This document shows, piece after piece, positions 55,384-64,000 of a DNA stretch of 64,000 nucleotides. A program made the position numbers and the translations under genes. Each line of letters opens with the position of its first letter. Within the stretch, counting starts at the first letter, position 1. The notes below the pieces were generated by a model. That model was not told where the DNA came from. It worked only from the letters and a program-made list of their open reading frames with translations, and searched no databases. The DNA lies in the NCBI GenBank assembly GCA_032718475.1, contig JAUCBJ010007036.1, forward strand, positions 1-64,000, written 5' to 3'. This DNA comes from Nemertoderma westbladi (Eukaryota > Animalia > Xenacoelomorpha).

Positions 55384-58094
55384 GCCCCCCACTGTTGAAT
55401 ACAAAGTAAAATTATGCTAGAGTTTCGATGTAAATACTATGATGTAAGCACTAAATATAAAACGAATAAAATTAACTGAAAATAATTACTGATATAATAG
55501 TTATAGTTTATAACAAATTTTCATATAAATTCATGTAAAAGGTACAATGCAGTGCTAAATAGTAAGTTTACAATTTAAACAGTAGGATACACAGGTAGAA
55601 TTAAGCTAGAGTTTTTTAATAGAGCTAAATACATAACGCATAAAATTACAAATTACATTACATTACATCATTACTGAAATATATTTACTATAATATAATA
55701 TGTTTCGAATCATGTAAATGTATAATGGAGTTTTAAGTGACGAAACAAGACTCGGTATTTTAGAAGTGTTGGGCGAGCCAGGAAAGTAAGGGAGGTTAGC
55801 ATACAGGCACCACTAACTCAATCGGTGTGGCTGTCGATCTGTTGTGTTCAACTTTAAACGTTAATAACTCAGCAAAATGTTGATGAAATCTATCCAAACT
55901 TGGTACACATGTTTTTTGGCAAAAGTTTAGAAATTTTCCAAGTTGAATTTCCGTGTGGCCTTCGAGAAGCTAAGATAATTATTATTATATAATTTCATAC
56001 ACGCCCCGAAGGGTGGTACATAGTACATACACGTTCGTGGGGCCTTCGCGCAGGACGAGGCCCAGTTATGAGATACATAGTTAGATAGGAGTGAGATACT
56101 TAACAATTATACAGCTGTATTCCCCATACCCCCTTATTAAAATGCCCAGTCTCCAGCTATAGCTCCCTCCTTCGTTGGCATGCTTGCAATAGCAAGCATT
56201 AGAAGGGTAACCAGTCCAACCACACCTCACCTCTACTCAAAGGCATCATTGTAATGAACCAGACTAATAAGCCAGCTTGGTTATTGTGTTTAGCTTACAA
56301 AATGATTGGCCGAGTACTTAATCATGATTCTTCGGAATAATTAGCAAAATAATTTCGTTGAGGTGTTGACATGATAAATTAATATCTCAGTATCAATACT
56401 ATCGGCATAAGGTAAGTTTTATATTTCTTACAAATAGGGTCGCCTCCACGCCTACAATATTTAATATATTACTTTATGAGTTTAACATGTTACCAATAAT
56501 ATGAGTTTATTGATTTCTTTGTTGGTTAAATAATTTAAATAATATGCGATCTTTAATTATTTTTGCTAGAAATTTGTGCTGTTTGTATATTTGTGAATCG
56601 CTTCCAGTTGTATTTTGTGTTATATTAAAAATAAATATAACATATTACTTGTAAAACACAAATTTTATGTTAATACCTCTGCCTTTCATAAATCCTGTGT
56701 GCGCCTTTGGGTTGGGATGGTGTAGATTAAGAGGGAGGTTAAGAGGGGGGAGGGGGGGGGGGGCTTTTCCCTCTCTTTGATTTACTGGTGTTTGGTTAAA
56801 TTTCTTAGATACCGAGTTTGTGATACAGTAGAATTGCTCGTGTTGCGTGTATATAATGGGCAGGGTCTACACTACAGTATTTTTGCACAATTTACATATA
56901 CAAGTACAATTCTCAGTTGGACACCAGCACTTTTACCCTGTGCAGAATTTGTGGTGATGGCCTTTAGCTATCAGTTGCGCCGCTACACTGCGTCTTAGGG
57001 TCGGATTGTCCTGTGTCTTGCGTCTTGTGGGTCGGATTCTTTATTGATTTTTCTCTGAATAACAATACCAGGTGTATAAAATACTGTACCTCATACACAC
57101 CCATAGGTTATGCAGGGGAAAATTATCGCTAACCAGAGAGATTAAGCCGTTTCGAAGGATAATTTGTAATTATTACATAAATAATAATCAACTCACTATT
57201 ACGAACATACTGTAAAATCTATATGCATGATCACGTATGCACACACCTACACACACACACACACCCCCCCACACACACCCCCCCTACACACGTACACACA
57301 CACCCTTCTGCAAATCGTATATTATCCTAACACCAACACATTTACGTTTTTTACGCGACAGTACTAACACCTAATGACACTGATTTAATTGTGCTAACAC
57401 AACCAGTTCAATGAATGACCGCTAGTAGTGCACACCACACATCAATTCCCCTAACAGGGTAATAACTGGTGTTTAAATTGCCGGCTTCTGAACATTCATT
57501 AAGGAAATCTGTATAAAAGCAATATTGGCTGGAATATATGACTATAATTTAATTTCTAGAATACAACTATTGTGCTAACAACAACCAATAGTAGTATGCT
57601 GATAGCAACTACTGACAACTAAATGTGGTGTAATATAATATGCAATACTGCACATCGCATTATAGCAAAATTAATGCAACATTTATTTCCTACGAGATTG
57701 ACACCGGAATTATCAGTTATTCTGTTAGTCGAAGTAATGAAAGAAGTGGGGTGCTGCACTGTGCTGCACTTCTGTGCTGCACTAACAGACACAAATGTCG
57801 CGTTAGCTCCATGCGCGTTAGATCCCACCGAATTAGATACCACTGCAATGCCTGTCATTAAGTCTTGCGTCGTTAGGTTTCGCCGTATTTTGCAGCAATA
57901 ATTTGTACTTACTGTATATTTGCAGCTGATTTCTAGTATAAATAAGTATAACCAGAGTTATTGACTTTCGTTTTTTGTTTTGGTTAGAATAACATGTTGG
58001 TGGACCTATCGCTGCATGACCTTATGACACAGAAACATCGCGCTAGACTTAAAGCAGAAGGTCTTACTACACTGGAATTTATATTTACGCTCTT

Positions 58095-60145
58095 CACACT
58101 GTACTGTAGTTCAGTTATTAGGAAGCGCAATATTAGCCAGATAAAATACACACTCACCAATATTGGTTACACCTTGCCATATAATTGATTACACTGTAGT
58201 TCAGTTGTTAGCACAATATTAGTTAGCCAGATAATATAAACACACACTCACCAATATTGGTTACACCTTATCATATAATTGATTACACTATAGTTCAGTT
58301 GTTAGCACATTAAGGGTTAGCCAGATAATATAAACACGCACTCGCTAATATTGGTTACACCTTGCCATATAATTGATTGCGCTGTAGTTTAGTTGTTAGC
58401 ACAATATTAGTTAGTCAGATAATATAAATCCACACTCGCTAATATTGGTTACTACTACTACTAGAATCGGCATGCTGCATTACAGCTGCATTTTTAAGAA
58501 TGCTGTGCCGGCTTATCGACAACTCCCTATCACCCATGACATTTGCTAGATCATCCGCATCTTCAAGGCCAGTGTCCTTTAAGATGCGTCTCAAGAAAGT
58601 CATGGGCTTGTCCACCATGCTTATTCACTCCATGAGGCTGCCAAAGTACAAGATTATGCACTGGCTGGTCCTCACGGCGAAAGCAATGTCCTGCAAAGCG
58701 GAGGCGATTTTGTTCTAGTGTCAAGCTTGGGGGAACCAATGAGACACCTCCAATGTTATATAGTGTCTGGTTGGAGATGTGTGCATTGTACTTGACACAA
58801 TGAACCCGGCGTAGCATTCTTGTGAAAGTGCCATCCAGAGATTTCGTGTCCTCCGCAGTTAGAGCCCAGCATGGACTCCCATAGAGGAGTACTGGAACTA
58901 CTGCTGCTCTAAATAATCGGACCTTAAGTGTCCGATTAATTCTCGGTGACTTCCAAATCCTGGAAAGCCTATTAAAGGTTGCCCATGCCTTTCCCTTACG
59001 TATTCGAAGGTCCTCATCTGACTTCCGGATACATGATCCCAGGTAACAGAAGTCATCCACATGCTCAAGCATACCATCTTTTGAGCTTATGCTCATCCGA
59101 TCAGAGACTTGCTGAGGACTTTCAAAGTTAACTGTCAAAATTTTGGTCTTTCTGGAGTTAATAAAAAGACACTAGAAGCAGCATGATCTAATGAGCTGAG
59201 GAGCCGTTGGGCTCCCTCTAGTGATTCTGAGAGTACTCCTAAGTCATCAGCAAAGTCTAGATCAGTTAGGTACTTGGCAGGATTTCCTCGACTTCTGGAG
59301 CCAGTAGGTGGAGTTATGAGCACCCCATCATCATTATGATGATCTAAGGACATGCGTAGAACATAGTCAACAACAATTATTAACAAGAATGGTGCAATTG
59401 TGTCTCCCTGGAGGACGCCCTATAACACTTCAAATGGTTCTGTGTCACCGTCAACAGTAGACACAAATGTTGTCGAACCATCGTATACTGATCGGATTGC
59501 TGCAATAATTTCATCAGGAATCCCATATAATGAAAGTATGCTGAACATACGTGAGCGAGAGACTGATTCAAAGGCCTTGAAGAAGTCAACAAAGATAACA
59601 GCCAGATGCCTGTCTTTCTTTTTTGATAACTCTTCAATTATCCTTCTAAGTGCCAAAATGGGCTCCATGGTCCCACGACCTTTACGGAACCCATTCTGAT
59701 TTCCACGGAGCAGTCTCTCAATGGGATCCCTGATGCGATTTAATAGAATTATATTGTATAGCTTTGCAGCAATCGAGATCAATGAGATTCCCCGAAAAGA
59801 ACCATAGAGTGTTAGGTTGCCCTTCTTGGGAACTGGCACCAACTTATTTGTTTTCATTTCTTGTGGGACTCTTGTTGTTCGGTACATGTCTACTATGATG
59901 GGATAGATGAGCTTTAAACACTCAGGTATTTTAAAGAACTAGAACTAGCTCTTAATATTGGTTACACCTTGTCATATAATTGAATACACTGTAGTTCAGT
60001 TGTTAGCACAATATTAGTTAGCCAGATAATATAAACACACACTCGCTAATATTGGTTACACCTTGTCATATAATTGATTACACTATAGTTCAGTTGTTAG
60101 CACAATGTTAGTTAGCCAGATTATATAGGTACACACTCGTCAATA
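58095..60145. repeat. 94-bp minisatellite (~6 copies) interrupted by a LINE
   Basis: Unit starts (ACACTGTAGTTCAGTT) at 58191, 58285, 58379, then 59986 and 60080. Confidence 0.9.
58453..59952 (-). mobile_element. Second RTE-like LINE copy, more 5'-truncated and frameshifted
   Basis: Near-identical to 38648-40143; the RT is broken into ORFs 59420-59887, 59135-59386 and 58563-59138; (TAG)n tail; TSD TAATATTGGTTAC at 58440-58452 and 59953-59965. Confidence 0.93.
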
Positions 60146-60324
60146 TTTGTTTTATTATAGATACATTTAATTTTAGATGTTAGATGAAAAATAGTTTGCC
60201 ACCCATTTGATACGACTACAGCTTTATTAACTTTAGGAAATGTATCTAACATTAGAATTGTTACACACATATGTGAATTTTTGGAATCTAAAAGACCTAT
60301 TATCCAATACATGGAAATGATACA

Positions 60325-60462
60325 TGATACACCTAACAGTAATCTTATGGAAACAACACACCTAACAGTAATCGGGTGGAAATAGTACACCTACACCTAA
60401 CAGTAATCGGGTGGAAGCGATACACCTAACAGTAAACGGGTGGAAGCGACACACCTAACATG
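60325..60462. repeat. Short tandem repeat, ~26-31 bp, 4-5 copies
   Basis: ACACCTAACAGTAATCGGGTGGAA recurs. Confidence 0.8.
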
Positions 60463-61237
60463 TGTATTTACAATATATTCACATTGCAGCTGCATGGGGG
60501 CGCAAGATAAAAAAACACACTGAAAATTTATCTGGCAAATTAAATTCACCTAACATAGCTTGAAACTTCGCGAGATGATTTTTTTCGTAATTTGAGACAA
60601 CTGTTAGCGGAAAGTGTTAGCACAATTGCGAAGTTAGCACAATGATTGTGGGAATCTGGCGAAATGTTAGGTGTATTACGCGTTTGCACGCGCACACCCA
60701 CACACACACACACACACACACACAACACATGCATGCACAAGCATTTGCTTGCATAAATAAATCTTATTTATTGTGAAATTTAGTGTATATATTAAATTAA
60801 TCCTACATATATACCAACATGTCATATAAATCTGTATATAATATTTATGTATCATTTTCTTTATAATATGCGGTTCCTTGGGGTTGCCTCCTGTGTTTCT
60901 TCTTTCACATTGACAATTACTTAGTTTATTAGCCCAAACGTGAGCGAATTTACCCGCTTAACCTTCTACAGTATCATAAGCTTTACTAATATTAATCATT
61001 GATGTGCCTTTAGTCTTAGTTAGGGATAGTGGTGTTTGTAAGTAGAGTATAAAAAAAGGTTCAGGTTGTCAAGGTGGTTAAAGCGTCGGTGTTCAAACCT
61101 GAACGTCGAGCCCAAGGTACAGCCCAGTTTTCGTTAACTTTAATTAAGGAACTACAGTAATGTAACTTCAGCCCAAGCAGTTGTAACGGGAAACTGCCAT
61201 ATGCGGGGGGAATAAAGAATAGGGTTGGATAGTGAAT

Positions 61238-61320
61238 CTTGGGAGTTAGTGTGACGCCCTTGGGAGATAGTGTGGCGCCCTTGGGAGATAGTGTGGCGCC
61301 CTTGGGAGATAGTGTGGCGT
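61238..61320. repeat. 21-bp tandem repeat, 4 copies
   Basis: CTTGGGAGATAGTGTGGCGCC. Confidence 0.85.
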
Positions 61321-62210
61321 CCTCCCTGCCTTTACAGATAACAGCCGAGAGAGAGGAGCTTCGGGTTGACTCCGGAGGTTCGTGTTTCTCACGTTCACCG
61401 AAACCAGCGATAGATCAACACGTATAAACAGAATAACATTGAATCAAGGTTATATATATAAACAACAAGTGATCTTTTTCGATTGCGGAGGGTAATCATG
61501 AAAGCCTGTTAAACACTTTAATATTGGACGAAAAATCGTGCGTGCCCAAAAGTATAACGCGAAATAATAACGGTGTAGTACTGAGTAGTATGCAGTGGTT
61601 AGATAGATATATGTATTTATTTATATATTATGTAAAAATCAATAACAAATACACCAAACAATGTATAGGTATTGTCCTACAGTACATTGCTACATATCAC
61701 ATAGGATTACCCCTAAAACTTTGAAGCTTTACTTCCAAGGGGGTCATTTATGTTACTTGGTTACAAAATACAATATTACACTACGCTAACCTAAAACGAA
61801 TATAAAACGTAATTACACAACGTACAAGTTTACCGGCTGCGAGACAATACTCCGACTCAACGATAAATATGTACTGGGTAAGCTATAGAGAGTAATGGGA
61901 TGACAAAATAGGTTCTCTTAAAGAATGTATAACAAACGTGGGGCAAAAAAGTGAAATAGTAAATAAGCCGCAAAGAGGATCATAAAAGCAATCATGAATG
62001 ACTGTAATTAATTATAACGGAATTTTGAATTAATTACAACCGTATTGTAAATATTAAATTGCAAGGGGTTCAACACAAGATACAATTAAATTAGTAAATA
62101 TTATGTAGTTTGTGATTTAAAGTTTTTTATTTGTATAACAGCACGCCACAGCCTTCTAAACAACTCTTAAACGATGTATTACACCCTTTAATTAGTTTTA
62201 CTAGGAACTA

Positions 62211-62230
62211 AATATGGCGGGAATTTTAAA
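62211..62230 (+). promoter_or_regulatory. CDE/E2F-CHR module, candidate SIVA promoter
   Basis: GGCGG-GAAT-TTTAAA has the canonical 4-nt spacing; a GTAAGT donor-like site follows at 62344. Confidence 0.45.
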
Positions 62231-62924
62231 CTATATCGAACCCAATATTAGCAATACTGCTATTTAGCTGATTAGTGCAGTAAGCAGTACTGCAGTAGAG
62301 GACCAGGACAGTGAAAGTGAACACAGCTCAGTCAGCAAATTCTGTAAGTACTCAGGTACTATACCGGTACTCTTGTTCTGGTAATCCATAATCAGGACGA
62401 TGAACTTCCAGACTTATCTTCTAGTCGAGTAGACTATAAGTCTGTAAGTTCAGACGTTATACATTATATACAGATATAGGCTATTGAATGCAGTACAGTC
62501 AGATGGTTATCTCAGTATCTAAATGTATATATATATTCGGTCTACCTGCGTCATCCAGTCTTGTCTTGTAGGGCGTAGGGGTAGGGTAGGGTTATACCTA
62601 GTCTCTAAATTGTCTGATTCTGTCAGACTGAGACGGTATTGTATTGTATCGTATCATTTATTGTTTTGGTTCCTTTCAACTCGCCTCTGTAATCTGCTCC
62701 TTTACTAACTGGGCACTAGTAACTTCAGTTTAGGTGATTTCAGGATTTGCAGATTAGGAGGGTCCCCAATTTGACAGAAGTGCCAGAGCTTAGATCTTAG
62801 ACGTTTACTCGTAAGTACTTTATTATGAAGCGCTGTTTACGCCAAAACCATCTGAATAAATCAGTAAATATTATACTCAAGATGTATCAATAAAAAAAAA
62901 ATACTTAAGATGTATCTAAATTCT

Positions 62925-63110
62925 CCGCCGATATTCTCGGGCGAGTTTTTCTCGGCCGAGATTGTCGGCCGAGTTTTCTCGGCCGAGTTTTTCTCGGCCG
63001 AGAATTTATAATATTAAAGATTGTAACGGCGGGAAATTTAAAAGGAAATTACAAAGGGAAAGGAAAGTAACATTTTAAATTTCCCGCCGTAACAACTTTT
63101 AAGATTATAA
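62925..63110. repeat. CTCGGCCGAG palindrome cluster plus a ~35-bp inverted repeat (MITE-like)
   Basis: 4-5 CTCGGCCGAG-like units at 62925-63001; IR ...TTGTAACGGCGGGAAATTTAAAA / TTTTAAATTTCCCGCCGTAACAA... Confidence 0.65.
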
Positions 63111-63520
63111 ATTCACTTTATACTTAGTTTAAAATAGTCTCATTACATAGTTTATTGCTTTCGTCAAATCCATACATAAACACCGTCTCAGTCAGTGTTG
63201 GCTTGTATATCATTACGTAGTGTAACATAGTACAATCAGACAGTAGCCGAGTACACCTAGCTACATCAAGAGCTGCCAGTAGTATCATAAATTCTACCAA
63301 GTACAGACGTACTGCTGCCCGGTGCAGTGCTTAAGCAGACCTCTCTCGTGGCGTCCAGCTACCCTAGCCTTAAAATAAAACTGTGAGTCCCTGTTGTCTG
63401 CCCACTACTAGTCCAGCATGTTTACAATACAAATACACCCTGGTGTAGGCTTACTACTCCCTTGGTTCGCTTGTTTGGTTGTCCAGTGATTATTTCGTAT
63501 TTTGCTACCGACGGAAAACA

Positions 63521-64000
63521 ATGCCTAAACGTCACTGTCCATTCACAACCTCCAGTCCTCAACTGAAAGTTAACGTTGGCGTTAAAGAAATTAACGCAGG
63601 GGTTGATTGTGTGGAACGAATGAAAAAAGTTTACGAAAGGACACAGAATCTACTAGCAATGGGTTCGGCTATTGCGTTTACGAGTGCAACAGCGGCCTCA
63701 CCAGTATGTACTTGTAATGATCAAGATCATCGCGAAACTGCAGAAGCGTCCAACGGACAGGCTACTATCACTGAAGCAATGGGTCTGCATAAACCCGCGA
63801 ACAATAATGTCGGCATCAATAGACCGTGTTGCAGCAACCAACAAGCAAACACCCAACATCTATGTTACTACTGCTCAAGTGTTCTTTGTAGCCATTGCGA
63901 TTATGTTTGTGCTATCTGTTCCCGTTATTGCTGTTCAAATTGTTCAGTCACTAATTATGACAACTCCGACAATCAACAGATTTGCTTAGATTGCGCTTAG
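63521..64000 (+). CDS. siva1: Apoptosis regulatory protein Siva, 159 aa, intronless CDS
   Basis: MPKRHCPF...PQLKVNVG.KEIN.GV......KKVYERTQNLL..G matches the SIVA N-terminus (MPKRSCPF..QLKV..V.EKT..LL); C-terminal Cys-rich zinc fingers (C..C...LC..C...C..C...C..C...CLDC); TAG at the window end. Confidence 0.9.
   Translation: MPKRHCPFTTSSPQLKVNVGVKEINAGVDCVERMKKVYERTQNLLAMGSAIAFTSATAASPVCTCNDQDHRETAEASNGQATITEAMGLHKPANNNVGINRPCCSNQQANTQHLCYYCSSVLCSHCDYVCAICSRYCCSNCSVTNYDNSDNQQICLDCA

Noticed and set aside
61182-61756. Solo LTR (TGTAAC...GTTAC)
   Set aside because: There is no TSD, the terminal CA is missing and there is no second copy in the window.
63479-63520. N-terminal extension of the SIVA ORF from a TTG start
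   Set aside because: Homology begins at the ATG at 63521 (MPKR); the TTG start comes from prokaryote-style ORF calling.

Overview
AT-rich, intron-containing animal (invertebrate-like) genomic DNA. Four protein-coding genes were reconstructed by hand from GT-AG boundaries and reading phase. (1) A Wnt2-like gene (- strand, 10585-1459, 360 aa) has two paralogous 99-nt copies of the exon encoding the lipidated CxCHGxS 'thumb', probably mutually exclusive. (2) A p110alpha-type class IA PI3K gene (- strand, 12 coding exons, 49551-20687, 1060 aa). (3) A NOX2-like NADPH oxidase with an intronless CDS (+, 53367-55049). (4) A SIVA1-like gene with an intronless CDS (+, 63521-64000). The rest is tandem arrays, two 5'-truncated RTE-type LINEs and several MITEs. 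The most unusual signals are the duplicated Wnt lipidation exon and several tandem arrays whose repeat unit is a splice site of the host gene, including ~300 copies of a 20-nt GT...AG unit that fill almost an entire 6-kb PI3K intron. Family assignments come from remembered motif similarity, not from database searches.
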